Positions 48,306 to 57,418 of a DNA stretch of 64,000 nucleotides are shown piece after piece (within the stretch, counting starts at the first letter, position 1; each line of letters starts with the position of its first letter). Source of the DNA: Actinomycetes bacterium (GTDB lineage Bacteria > Actinomycetota > Actinomycetes > Nanopelagicales > Nanopelagicaceae); contig JBAXMU010000002.1 in the NCBI GenBank assembly GCA_037134155.1, forward strand, positions 23,848-87,847, given 5' to 3'. Below the pieces are notes generated by a model. That model was given only the letters and a program-made list of their open reading frames with translations, made no database searches and was not told the origin of the DNA. The position numbers and the translations under genes are program-made.

Positions 48306-49250
48306 TTAAGGGCGAGAGAGCGTCTCCATCCAGAGTTCGCGTAGCTCATCAACCTTGATCGCTTTGCAGACCTGAACTCCAGGGTTCTGTTCAAGCCAGG
48401 TCTTTGAGTAGTCGCCCTCTTGGAACTCTTCAGGACGTTGATCGCAGATGGTTGCGCCACGGTTTGGACCAAAAGTCGTATCAACGACAACCTTCATCGT
48501 CTCTTGGGTTGCAAGCTCGGGATAGAGCGCAACTGCAACAGCGCCATAGTCGCCAAGAGTCACTCCGTACTCAGAACGAGCGAGCATTGCATCAATGAGG
48601 CGAGCACCAAAAGTTGAGGGAGCATGGTTCTTGGCATGCAAACGCTCTGAGAATGATTTGTTCATTGCCAATTGCTCAAAGACATCAAGGCCATACATGG
48701 TGATTGGAATTCCACTTTGGAAGACGATCGCAGCAGCTTCGGGATCGTGCCAGATATTGAACTCTGCAGTTGCCGTTGCATTTCCGCGCGAAGCAGAGCC
48801 ACCCATCAAAACAATGCGTTCCAACTTCTTCGCACTCTCTGGAAAGGCTCGTAAGAAGAGCGCGATATTAGTGAGTGGAGCGAGTGGAACAAGTGTCACT
48901 GGGTCTTTCGATGCTTCGACTAGGTCACGCATAAGTTCAGCAGCCGGGCGTGGATCGACCTTGCGAGTCGATGCTGGGTAATCCATATCGCCAAGGCCAT
49001 CTTTACCGTGCACATACTCGGCATACCGAGACTCTTCAATGAGCGGTCGTGTTGCACCTACTCCAACCGGAATATCGCCAGCTTCGGCCGCATCAAGGAC
49101 CTTGAGAGTATTGATAACAACTTGCTTGAGGTTGGTATTGCCGTCAACGCAGGTAACCCCCAAGAGGTTGATCTCTGGGTGGCGTGCTGCGAAGAGGAGA
49201 GCGAAGGCATCGTCTACTCCGGTATCTACGTCGAGAATAAAGTTTTTCAT
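48306..49250 (-). CDS. nucleoside hydrolase (IUNH family), paralogue 3
   Basis: LDVDTGVDDAFA aspartate cluster, APLTNIALFL, AEFNIWHDPEA. Confidence 0.9.
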   Translation of the reverse strand: MKNFILDVDTGVDDAFALLFAARHPEINLLGVTCVDGNTNLKQVVINTLKVLDAAEAGDIPVGVGATRPLIEESRYAEYVHGKDGLGDMDYPASTRKVDPRPAAELMRDLVEASKDPVTLVPLAPLTNIALFLRAFPESAKKLERIVLMGGSASRGNATATAEFNIWHDPEAAAIVFQSGIPITMYGLDVFEQLAMNKSFSERLHAKNHAPSTFGARLIDAMLARSEYGVTLGDYGAVAVALYPELATQETMKVVVDTTFGPNRGATICDQRPEEFQEGDYSKTWLEQNPGVQVCKAIKVDELRELWMETLSRP

Positions 49251-50425
49251 GATGTCCTTGCCGGTACGGTCTCGTACCCTCGTAGGGAGAATGTCTGACG
49301 ACGAACAGGTGGATCAGTAAGTTCCATTCTTGGGAAACGTTTGAAGAGTTCGGGGAGCGAGATACTCATCTCGAGGCGAGCAAGTGGCGCACCGATACAG
49401 AAGTGGATTCCAGCACCGAACCCGATATGAGGATTACGTTCTCTGGTGATATCCATCTTGTCAGCATCAGGGAAGACTTCTTCATCACGATTAGCTGATC
49501 CAAGTAGGCTGACGATCTTCTGACCTTGCTTGATGGTAACGCCACTAATCTCTAGATCCGCAGTTGCAGTACGGTCAAAGAATTGCAATGGGGCGTCGTA
49601 GCGAAGGAACTCTTCGATCGCTGTTGTAGCAACTTCATCTGGGCGGGCTTGAAGCTTCTCCCATTCCGAATGGTTTTGGTGTGCTGCGACCATACCGTTG
49701 CCAAAACCATTCACGCTCGCCTCGTGGCCAGCATTGAGTAAGAGAACGCAGGTGGCGATCAACTCGTGAGTCGATAGTTTTTCACCTGCCTCTTCGACGT
49801 GAGCAAGTTCGGTGATGAGGTCATCCGTTGGATTCGCCTTGCGAAGCAACATCAGACCATGCACATACTCAGCGAATTCGTTGGCAGCCACTTGGGCATC
49901 GTGTTGATGCTGGGCTGATGGATTGACCTCGTACATCTTGACGATCGCTTGCGACCATGGGCGAAGTAGATGCTCATCTTCATCAGGGAAGCCCAGAAGA
50001 GCTGCAATAACCTTTACTGGCAGGGGTTCTGCGTAGTCGGCGATCACATCGAAAGTGCCGCCCTTCGCCTCGATGGCATCGAGAAGTTGATGGGTGAGCG
50101 CGAGAATATTTGGGCGAAGCGCCTCGATACGGTTCTTATTGAAGGCCTTCATCACTAGCGAACGAAGGCGAGTGTGCTTTGGAGGTTCGCTATCGAGAAT
50201 GGAATCTGCATGGAGATAATTGAAGACATCCCACTCTGATGCAGGCGCCTTTGGAACAAAGATGCGACCAAGAGATTTATTGCGGAGCACTTCATTCGCA
50301 TCTCGATGGTTAGGGGCGAGGAAGAGTCCAAGGCCGTCATGCCAGATTGGCTTACCGGCTTTACGCAGTTCGGCTAAATGTGGGTACGGATTGTTGATGA
50401 CATCGGCATTTGTAAAGTCGATCAT
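49247..50425 (-). CDS. cytochrome P450
   Basis: Heme loop FGAGIHFCIGAPLAR, EXXR (EEFLRYD), I-helix LLLNAGHEASVN. ATGA overlaps with both neighbouring genes. Confidence 0.9.
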   Translation of the reverse strand: MIDFTNADVINNPYPHLAELRKAGKPIWHDGLGLFLAPNHRDANEVLRNKSLGRIFVPKAPASEWDVFNYLHADSILDSEPPKHTRLRSLVMKAFNKNRIEALRPNILALTHQLLDAIEAKGGTFDVIADYAEPLPVKVIAALLGFPDEDEHLLRPWSQAIVKMYEVNPSAQHQHDAQVAANEFAEYVHGLMLLRKANPTDDLITELAHVEEAGEKLSTHELIATCVLLLNAGHEASVNGFGNGMVAAHQNHSEWEKLQARPDEVATTAIEEFLRYDAPLQFFDRTATADLEISGVTIKQGQKIVSLLGSANRDEEVFPDADKMDITRERNPHIGFGAGIHFCIGAPLARLEMSISLPELFKRFPRMELTDPPVRRQTFSLRGYETVPARTS

Positions 50426-51510
50426 AGATTTTCCACCTTCTCATAGCCTGGACGAATCTGGTTCTCAAGAATGTCGGCGATCTCCTCGGCGCTAATGAAA
50501 GCAGCGTTGATCGCGTTCTCAGTCACATCCTGCAGATCAGAGAGAGACCAATTGTGTGCGGTTGCAATATGAGTCATCTCGGCGACCATGGAAGTATTGC
50601 TCATCAATCGGTTATCCGTGTTGATCGTGACGTTGAAGCCAAGTTCCTTCATGACACCAATTGGGTGTTCGGCATATGAGGCAGCGCCACCGGTCTGAAG
50701 ATTTGATGTCGGTGCAATTTCGAGTGCGATCTGCTTATCCAAGATCTCTTGTGCAAGATCACCCAGTCGAGCTTCGCCATCAATAAAGGTGATGTCATCG
50801 ATTAATCGAATTCCATGCCCAATGCGACTTGCGTGGCAATCACGAACGGCAAGAGCGATTGATTCCAACGGGGCAGCTTCGCCAGCATGAATCGTGTATC
50901 TGACGCCATTGTTTCGCAGGGTATTGAAGGCCTTGATGTGATCTGTTGGAGGAAAGCCCATCTCTGGACCTGCAATGTCGAAGCCAACGATGCCGCGACC
51001 CTTGAATTTTAAGACGCTATCTGCAACTTCATCTGCGAGGGCGTTGTGGCGCATTGCGCAGAGTAGGCCTTCAACTCGGATCGAGTACCCCTCGCTCTTC
51101 GCTTCAGCCATTCCCTGCTTATAGCCCTCAACGGTGTACTCGATGACCTGGTCAATGGTGAGTCCTTTGCGAGTGAACAACTCTGGAGCGCCGCGGACTT
51201 CGGCATAGACCACGCCAGATCGCGCTAAATCGACTGCACATTCGCGATTCACCCGAATGATCTGTTCAGCCGTCTGCATGAGAGAGATAGTGTGTTCGAA
51301 GGTTTCAAGATAGAGCTCGAGTGTTCCTTCGCTGCATGCTTCAACGAACCACTTTTGCAGCGCGACAGGTTCATTGAAGGGGAGCTTGGTATATCCAGAT
51401 TCTGCCGCCATCTCGATCATCGTCTGGGGGCGTAGGCCACCGTCGTTGTGATCGTGCAGTAATACTTTCGGTGCCTTCAGAAATTGCTCTGAGGTAATGA
51501 GTGTTGGCAT
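50422..51510 (-). CDS. add: adenosine deaminase
   Basis: LLHDHNDGGLRP metal-binding start, HAGE, TINTDN. Confidence 0.9.
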   Translation of the reverse strand: MPTLITSEQFLKAPKVLLHDHNDGGLRPQTMIEMAAESGYTKLPFNEPVALQKWFVEACSEGTLELYLETFEHTISLMQTAEQIIRVNRECAVDLARSGVVYAEVRGAPELFTRKGLTIDQVIEYTVEGYKQGMAEAKSEGYSIRVEGLLCAMRHNALADEVADSVLKFKGRGIVGFDIAGPEMGFPPTDHIKAFNTLRNNGVRYTIHAGEAAPLESIALAVRDCHASRIGHGIRLIDDITFIDGEARLGDLAQEILDKQIALEIAPTSNLQTGGAASYAEHPIGVMKELGFNVTINTDNRLMSNTSMVAEMTHIATAHNWSLSDLQDVTENAINAAFISAEEIADILENQIRPGYEKVENL

Positions 51511-51918
51511 CTAAGCGAGGTTATCTGGCCCGAATGCCCAAGGAAGCATCGCAGACATTTTTTGTGGTCCATCAGGAGTCATCAAGAGTAACTCTGGTCC
51601 ACCATGCTCAAAGAGTAATTGGCGACAACGGCCGCACGGTGCGAGGTAATTACCTGCCCCATCGACACAGACGACCGCGATGAGCTTGCCGCCGCCAGAA
51701 CGTGTGAGATCTGAAACGAGACTGCACTCAGCACAAAGGCCAAGCCCATAACTCGCATTCTCTACATTGCAACCAGTGACGTAGCGGCCATCACTTACTA
51801 GCGCTGCTACCCCAACTGGAAATTTTGAATATGGCGCATACGCCTTCGTCATTGCCTCTTTGGCTAGGTCGTGAATATGGGACCAGGAGATTGATTCGGT
51901 ATCAGTGTGGTTGCTCAT
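51511..51918 (-). CDS. cdd: cytidine deaminase
   Basis: CAECS and PCGRCRQ zinc motifs. Start at MSNHTD (51918). The ORF-track extension to 52044 overlaps the upstream kinase gene. Confidence 0.9.
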   Translation of the reverse strand: MSNHTDTESISWSHIHDLAKEAMTKAYAPYSKFPVGVAALVSDGRYVTGCNVENASYGLGLCAECSLVSDLTRSGGGKLIAVVCVDGAGNYLAPCGRCRQLLFEHGGPELLLMTPDGPQKMSAMLPWAFGPDNLA

Positions 51919-51940
51919 AAGACTTACGAGTCTAAGGGGA

Positions 51941-52834
51941 TTACAACCCTTTTCCAAGGGGTGGACGCGCGCCAACATTGGTGACACAGAATGTTGCTTG
52001 GGTAATACCGTTCTCGACTGCCGTGGCGAGTACGCCATCTGCAAACCACGATGCCATGAATCCAGCAGTGAAAGAGTCGCCAGCCCCGGTGGTGTCGACC
52101 ACTTCCAATTCCGGGGCGGGTACCTCGAGTGTTAAAGCCCGCTGTGAGATCGCGATTGCTCCTTTAGCACCACGTTTGATCACCACAATCGACACCTTTG
52201 CGGCGAGAGCAACAAGGGCTCCCTCTAAATCATTGGCTTGAGAGATATGGAGAGCTTCTTCTTCATTGAGCAACAAGATATCAACCATGGCGATCCACTC
52301 TTGAAGAAGTGAATCTGGTATTCGACGTAGCGCGCCAACGGTACCTGGATCAAAGACAATAGGAATTCCTTTGGCACGTATCAATTGAATCATTTGAGTG
52401 ACATTAGTTCGCGACTTTGAATTAATGAGCGCGTAACCTGATAGATAGGCAGCGTTGATATTATCCAGTGGTGGGAGATCAGTTGCGCTCAATCCTGAAT
52501 TTGAGCCAGAGTCAGGGAACATTGTGCGTTCGCCATCCTCGGTTACGAGTACAACGACAGTGCCAGTCTTCTCATTGGGTACTCGGTGATTTGCATGTCG
52601 AACGCAGTACTTATCTAGTTCAGCTTGGAGGATGACGCCATTTGGATCATCAGCGATACGCGAACAGAGAAAGACATCCTGTCCAAGATGGGCTAACCAG
52701 CGAGCGACATTTGCAGCCGCTCCGCCACCTTGGGTCGTTATATATGCCTGAGTATCGCCACCATGGTGGATCTCAGAGTCAATAACCACACTGACATCCA
52801 TCATGATGTCACCGATGCATAAGAAGTTTTTCAT
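51941..52834 (-). CDS. psuK: PfkB-family kinase, pseudouridine kinase by context
   Basis: GGGAAN and DTTGAGDSF motifs. Lies 4 nt downstream of psuG. Start at MKNFLCIGD. Confidence 0.7.
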   Translation of the reverse strand: MKNFLCIGDIMMDVSVVIDSEIHHGGDTQAYITTQGGGAAANVARWLAHLGQDVFLCSRIADDPNGVILQAELDKYCVRHANHRVPNEKTGTVVVLVTEDGERTMFPDSGSNSGLSATDLPPLDNINAAYLSGYALINSKSRTNVTQMIQLIRAKGIPIVFDPGTVGALRRIPDSLLQEWIAMVDILLLNEEEALHISQANDLEGALVALAAKVSIVVIKRGAKGAIAISQRALTLEVPAPELEVVDTTGAGDSFTAGFMASWFADGVLATAVENGITQATFCVTNVGARPPLGKGL

Positions 52835-52838
52835 CCAG

Positions 52839-53738
52839 TTAGAGTGCGATAGCGATCTCGGCGGCAAGTTGTGAGTTCGCCTTAATGATCTCAACATTTA
52901 CATCCAGGCTCTTGCCCTCACTCACCCGGTGGAAGTATTCAAGCAGGAATGGTGTGACAGCTTTGCCAGTGATGTGATTTCGATCAGCCTCAGCCATGCC
53001 TCCTTCAAGGAGGCGGTCGTGAAGCGCCTTATCCAATTGAACCCTCACAGGATTGGTGACAACAATTGCTGACTCCGGAGTATTCACTTGCGCACGTTGA
53101 TGCCAAATCGCAGCGATATCTGAAGCACTCTCTACCCGATGTTCGATCTCAAAGCCAGATTCGGTGAGATAGAAACCAGGAAACTTATTTGTCTTGTATC
53201 CAAGAACTGGCACCGCAAGAGTTTCTAGACGCTCGAGAGTTGCTTCGACATTGAGTATTGATTTCACACCAGCGCAGACGATGATGATGGGAGTAATAGA
53301 GAGTCCGCGAAGGTCTGCTGATTCATCAAAGCCATCACCGCGGTGAACGCCACCAAGACCACCTGTTGCGAATACCGAGATACCAGCCATCGCTGCAATA
53401 TGCGCAGTCGCTGCAACCGTAGTTGCTGCACTCTTCTTCGTCGCTGCTAAAACAGCGAGGTCGCGAGTAGAGGCTTTAACAACGCCATCTTCATTTGCAA
53501 TGCGTTCTAATTGATCACTCTCTAAACCTGCATGGATCTGGCCATCGAGAATTGCGATCGTTGCCGGGACCGCTCCAACAGCGCGGATGATCTCTTCCAC
53601 TTCTCGGGCAACTTCGAGATTTCGCGGGCGAGGCAATCCATGACTGATGATGGTTGACTCGAGCGCGACGATAGGTTTCTTAGCTGCGATAGCAGCGGCT
53701 ACTTCCTTGGAATATGTGATCACCAGATGAGGGTACAA
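52839..53738 (-). CDS. psuG: pseudouridine-5'-phosphate glycosidase
   Basis: PIVALESTIISHGLPRP N-terminal motif and FATGGLGGVHRG. Confidence 0.9.
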   Translation of the reverse strand: MYPHLVITYSKEVAAAIAAKKPIVALESTIISHGLPRPRNLEVAREVEEIIRAVGAVPATIAILDGQIHAGLESDQLERIANEDGVVKASTRDLAVLAATKKSAATTVAATAHIAAMAGISVFATGGLGGVHRGDGFDESADLRGLSITPIIIVCAGVKSILNVEATLERLETLAVPVLGYKTNKFPGFYLTESGFEIEHRVESASDIAAIWHQRAQVNTPESAIVVTNPVRVQLDKALHDRLLEGGMAEADRNHITGKAVTPFLLEYFHRVSEGKSLDVNVEIIKANSQLAAEIAIAL

Positions 53739-53809
53739 CGGCTGGCAAGCCTCCGATTAGACCAGGCCATAAGCCCTTCGCTACTATTCGCAGGCTGCAG
53801 ATTGACCCT

Positions 53810-53894
53810 GGCGGGTTGCCCGAGCGGCCAATGGGAGGGGACTGTAAATCCCCCGGCTCTGCCTTCGAAGGTTCAAATCCTTCACCCGCCACCA
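53810..53894 (+). tRNA. tRNA-Tyr (anticodon GTA), long variable arm, CCA encoded
   Basis: GGCGGGT/ACCCGCC acceptor stem, anticodon loop CTGTAAA. Near-identical architecture to E. coli tRNA-Tyr (CCCGAGCGGCCAA D-arm). Confidence 0.95.
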
Positions 53895-53924
53895 GCTTCA
53901 ATAATTCATGGCAGGCTTCTTCTT

Positions 53925-54323
53925 ATGAGCCAGGATGCAGCAATAGATCTACTTCGAAACTCTCTATCGATTGCCATTGTCGGCGTCTCAGATAAGCCAG
54001 ATCGCGCCAGTAACCAAGTCGCTCAATACTTGGCAGACCACAGCAACTACACGCTTTACTTTGTGAACCCTGCAATCAAAGAACTCTTTGGACAACCGGT
54101 CTATGCATCACTGATTGAGATCCCAGCCCACGTTGATATTGTCGATGTTTTCCGCAAAGTTGAAGATATGCCACCGATTCTTGATGAAGCTATTTCGATA
54201 GGGGCTAAAGCTTTTTGGATGCAGTTAGGACTTCGTGATGAGGCACTTGCCAAGACAGGCGAAGAGGCTGGTCTTACCGTGGTTCAAGATAAGTGCATCA
54301 AGATTGAGCACCAGAAGCTTTAA
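53925..54323 (+). CDS. CoA-binding domain protein (YccU/YneT-like)
   Basis: IAIVGVSDKPDRASN...VNP....L.G...Y.SL..IP..VDIVDVFR pattern. The ORF-track start at 53727 would run through tRNA-Tyr. Confidence 0.8.
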   Translation: MSQDAAIDLLRNSLSIAIVGVSDKPDRASNQVAQYLADHSNYTLYFVNPAIKELFGQPVYASLIEIPAHVDIVDVFRKVEDMPPILDEAISIGAKAFWMQLGLRDEALAKTGEEAGLTVVQDKCIKIEHQKL

Positions 54324-54325
54324 AA

Positions 54326-54760
54326 CTACTTAGGCTCGAGAATTAGCGAGACTGAATTAATGCACCAACGCTCGTCAGTCGGGACGTCATAACCCTCGCC
54401 CTTAAAGACGTGGCCAAGGTGAGAGCCACAATTTGCACAGCGAACTTCGGTGCGAATGCGTGGTGCGAGTGAGGCATCTTCAATCAGAACAACTGCATCA
54501 TCGGCGGTCGGTGCATAGAAAGAAGGCCAGCCGCAGCCAGAGTGGAACTTTGTCTCGCTCTTGAAGAGTTCATTTCCGCAGGCTTTGCAGCGGTAACTTC
54601 CTACGGTATCGGTGTCGTTGTACTCACCGGTGAATGGGCGTTCGGTCGCGCCATTACGTAAAACTTCGTAAGAGAGTGGATCAAGTGTCTGAGCTAATTT
54701 CTCTTCATCGATTGAAACAGGAAATGAGAGTGAATCGGACTCTTTTTTAATCTCGCTCAT
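54326..54760 (-). CDS. msrB: peptide-methionine (R)-S-oxide reductase
   Basis: CxxC pairs (CKACGNELF, CANCGSHLGHVF), GWPSF and RWCINS motifs. Confidence 0.9.
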   Translation of the reverse strand: MSEIKKESDSLSFPVSIDEEKLAQTLDPLSYEVLRNGATERPFTGEYNDTDTVGSYRCKACGNELFKSETKFHSGCGWPSFYAPTADDAVVLIEDASLAPRIRTEVRCANCGSHLGHVFKGEGYDVPTDERWCINSVSLILEPK

Positions 54761-54855
54761 GCCGAAAGATTACAACAGATGCAGGCCATATGCAGAAGCA
54801 GGTGATCGCTCATCTATAAGTTGGCACTTCAATCGTGCTTGCCTAGACTTCGGAT

Positions 54856-55422
54856 ATGCGTAAACCAGTTGAGAGTTCAGAGCCAATCCACCCAGTTCTT
54901 GCAGAGCGTTGGAGCCCACGTTCATTTGTGAGTGGATCTGAGATCTCAAAGGACGATCTCAATGGAATTCTTGAGGCAGCTCGCTGGGCCCCATCATCAA
55001 ACAATCTTCAACCATGGAAGTTCCTCGTCACCCATCATGGCGATGATCGCTTTGCCGCAGTTGTTGCGAACCTCGCGGGCTTTAACCAGGAGTGGGCGCC
55101 AAGTGCATCTGCTCTGATCGTGGCATGCGCTGAAGTTGTGAACGAGGATGGGACACCACGGAATGGCGCTCTCTATGACCTTGGCTTATCAGTCGGCTTT
55201 ATGACGGTTGAAGCGCATCATCGCAATCTTGTTGTCCATCAAATTGGCGGCTTCGATCGTGATGCACTTGCTGCTCACTTCGGATTGGCTGAATCAGTGA
55301 AACCAGTAGTAGTGATTGCCGTTGGTAAGCAAGCGCCAAGTTCAGAGCTCAAGAGTGATGTCCTGAAGCAGCGCGAAGAGTCGCCTCGATCACGTAAATC
55401 AATCGCTGAGATTACGCTCTAA
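54856..55422 (+). CDS. nitroreductase family protein
   Basis: RWSPRSF, A.RWAPSSNNLQPWKF. Confidence 0.85.
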   Translation: MRKPVESSEPIHPVLAERWSPRSFVSGSEISKDDLNGILEAARWAPSSNNLQPWKFLVTHHGDDRFAAVVANLAGFNQEWAPSASALIVACAEVVNEDGTPRNGALYDLGLSVGFMTVEAHHRNLVVHQIGGFDRDALAAHFGLAESVKPVVVIAVGKQAPSSELKSDVLKQREESPRSRKSIAEITL

Positions 55423-55437
55423 CTTCTGCGCAAAAAA

Positions 55438-57120
55438 TTATTTAAGGCTCTTCCCAACCGCTTTGGTCTGCCAGAGTGTCAACACTTGTGCGGTAATTGA
55501 CTGCAAGAGGAATCTCGTAGCATCGTCGACTCGACTCTCCAAGCAGGTGAAGCTAGTTTCACAAGGCCAGTAATTAATTCCTGCAACAAAGGTCGCCGAT
55601 CCACTCGGTGCCGTAAACCAGATCGTCTGCCCCATGAGCGAACGCTTCAGTGTCAATGCTCGTGGAGTCGGATTAACTAATTCGAACTTTCCAGAGAAGA
55701 TCAAGTTCACCTTCGGCGGAGCAGCCTCACCAGTTGCGATTGAGTCGATCTCGGAATTGGATGACCAGCCAGTAAGCGTTGCATCCATCGGGATATCTAG
55801 CCAATGTGGAATCGAAACCGCCGACATCGATCCGGTCACGTGCACGCCAGCTTTCTCTTCCCCGGTTAAGAGTGATGGTGGAGTGTTGATTCGCTTGTTG
55901 CCAAATTGAATGGAGACCTTCTGCCAATCGGTCTGTGGATCAAGTCGAGGATCGCGATAAATTACTAATCGACGATCCGGACCAGATGGCGATGCCTCGA
56001 CTCGAGATTGCCAGAAGGCGTTATTTGCACCCATAAATGCAATATTTACCCCAAGGTTTCGGACTGCTGCCACAGTATCGAATTCGGTGCGCGTCATATA
56101 TTCGGGGTGGCCGCTAAAGATAATTCCACTGTATTTCGCTGCAATAGAAGGCGAATTAGTGATATCGGTATCAGCGACTTGATCGATATTTAATCCAGTT
56201 GACTCTAAATATTGAACAAAGGAGATTGCATCGCGACTTATATGGTTTATTCCACTACCTGCATATGGGCGATCGAAGGAGACAACTTGTGATCGCTCAA
56301 GAGTTCGCTTGATATCTGTGGAATAAGCCGAATGCCCACCAAATGAGTTGTAGGCCGCCCATGTCAGAGTCGAGTGGATTAATAACAACTTTGAATCTTG
56401 CGGATTGGATCGAAGGATGAAGGGCGCGACATTTTCAATCTTGCCCTGCGGATTAACTGATGCGACTAGATAGAGACCCGGAACCCATTCTGGTCCGATA
56501 TCAAATGAGGATGAGATGGGCCATTTCGTTTCAATAGTTCGGGTTGCGTTTCGCAGCGTTGGAGTATTTCGATATTTGAGTTTTACCGGTCCTGAGTTCC
56601 AGACCATGCGCGCACCAGATCCGCCGTACCAACCGATGCGTAGAACTTCAAAACTTCGAGGAGAAGTATCAATCAAGCCATCTGATTTACGAGGAAAGAG
56701 CGATGCGTGAATTCCAATGCGATCGCCACATGTTGCTGATTGACGATCAACCCATAAGACAGAACCAGAGAGGCGCATGAGATTGAGATGCGACCAATCT
56801 GTCGACGTCATCGCAATGCCTGCATTGTCGTTCTCTGCCGTAACCCAATCACCTTTTTGCACTGGGCAATTCGATGGCACCTCGACTGAATCAGCGGGAA
56901 GTTCTTGATTGAGGGTCTCTGCGTATGTCGTCATCTGTCGAAGCGGAATATCGCCATGAGGCTTCAATGGTGGGAGCACAGCGGCAGATCCTGAAGTTCG
57001 GTGGAGGATGTAGTAATTAGCGCCGAAGGCAGCTGAACCAACAACGATGGCTGAGAGGAGCCCAGCGAGGATCTTTGACCTTCGGCTGGAACTGGAGATT
57101 TTCAGCCTCTTCATCCTCAT
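55438..57120 (-). CDS. membrane-anchored extracytoplasmic hypothetical protein, possibly related to the N,N-dimethylformamidase beta-subunit-like domain family
   Basis: N-terminal anchor (ILAGLLSAIVVGSAAFG). Motifs TLTWAAYNSFGG, FSGHPEYMT and FMGANNAFWQ resemble that family from memory. Start taken at MRMKRLK (57120). Confidence 0.5.
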   Translation of the reverse strand: MRMKRLKISSSSRRSKILAGLLSAIVVGSAAFGANYYILHRTSGSAAVLPPLKPHGDIPLRQMTTYAETLNQELPADSVEVPSNCPVQKGDWVTAENDNAGIAMTSTDWSHLNLMRLSGSVLWVDRQSATCGDRIGIHASLFPRKSDGLIDTSPRSFEVLRIGWYGGSGARMVWNSGPVKLKYRNTPTLRNATRTIETKWPISSSFDIGPEWVPGLYLVASVNPQGKIENVAPFILRSNPQDSKLLLIHSTLTWAAYNSFGGHSAYSTDIKRTLERSQVVSFDRPYAGSGINHISRDAISFVQYLESTGLNIDQVADTDITNSPSIAAKYSGIIFSGHPEYMTRTEFDTVAAVRNLGVNIAFMGANNAFWQSRVEASPSGPDRRLVIYRDPRLDPQTDWQKVSIQFGNKRINTPPSLLTGEEKAGVHVTGSMSAVSIPHWLDIPMDATLTGWSSNSEIDSIATGEAAPPKVNLIFSGKFELVNPTPRALTLKRSLMGQTIWFTAPSGSATFVAGINYWPCETSFTCLESRVDDATRFLLQSITAQVLTLWQTKAVGKSLK

Positions 57121-57228
57121 GATGAACCAAGGGTACTCGCAGAGGATTTGGTCGTTCCTGTTGCGCACAACCAGCCAGTGATTTCTCACTGAGGTGAGAT
57201 TCGTTGTACCCTGCTCCGTACTCTTTTC

Positions 57229-57301
57229 GCCCCCCTAGCTCAGTCGGTAGAGCGTTTCCATGGTAAGGAAAAGGTCACCGGTTCGATTCCGGTGGGGGGC
57301 T
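57229..57301 (+). tRNA. tRNA-Thr (anticodon GGT)
   Basis: GCCCCCC/GGGGGGC acceptor stem, anticodon loop ATGGTAA, T-loop TTCGATT. The cloverleaf was folded by hand. Confidence 0.9.
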
Positions 57302-57302
57302 C

Positions 57303-57379
57303 GGCGGGATAGCTCAGCTTGGTAGAGCAAGCGGCTCATAATCGCTGTGTCGTGGGTTCAAATCCCGCTCCCGCTACCA
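57303..57379 (+). tRNA. tRNA-Met, elongator type (anticodon CAT), CCA encoded
   Basis: Anticodon loop CTCATAA, T-loop TTCAAAT. No triple G-C in the anticodon stem, so not an initiator. The 1-72 pair is G-U. The Thr-Met-rpmG order is typical of actinobacteria. Confidence 0.85.
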
Positions 57380-57389
57380 CTCTCTACAT

Positions 57390-57418
57390 CCGCCTACGCT
57401 CACCATGAGCGTAGGCGG
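57390..57418 (+). other. strong hairpin after the tRNA pair (13-bp perfect stem, 3-nt loop)
   Basis: CCGCCTACGCTCA-CCA-TGAGCGTAGGCGG. No U-tract. Its 3' arm is partly repeated at 57447..57457. Confidence 0.6.

Noticed and set aside
53727-53924. The ORF-track start at 53727 would give a 198-aa CoA-binding protein.
   Set aside because: The extension reads straight through tRNA-Tyr (53810..53894) and encodes low-complexity sequence. The ATG at 53925 gives a normal-length CoA-binding domain.
57303-57379. Possible initiator tRNA-fMet or lysidine-modified tRNA-Ile2, since the anticodon is CAT.
   Set aside because: The anticodon stem lacks the three consecutive G-C pairs of initiators, and position 1-72 is a G-U pair rather than a C-A type mismatch. 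The Thr-Met-rpmG arrangement matches elongator metT of other actinobacteria. Ile2 identity cannot be fully excluded by eye.
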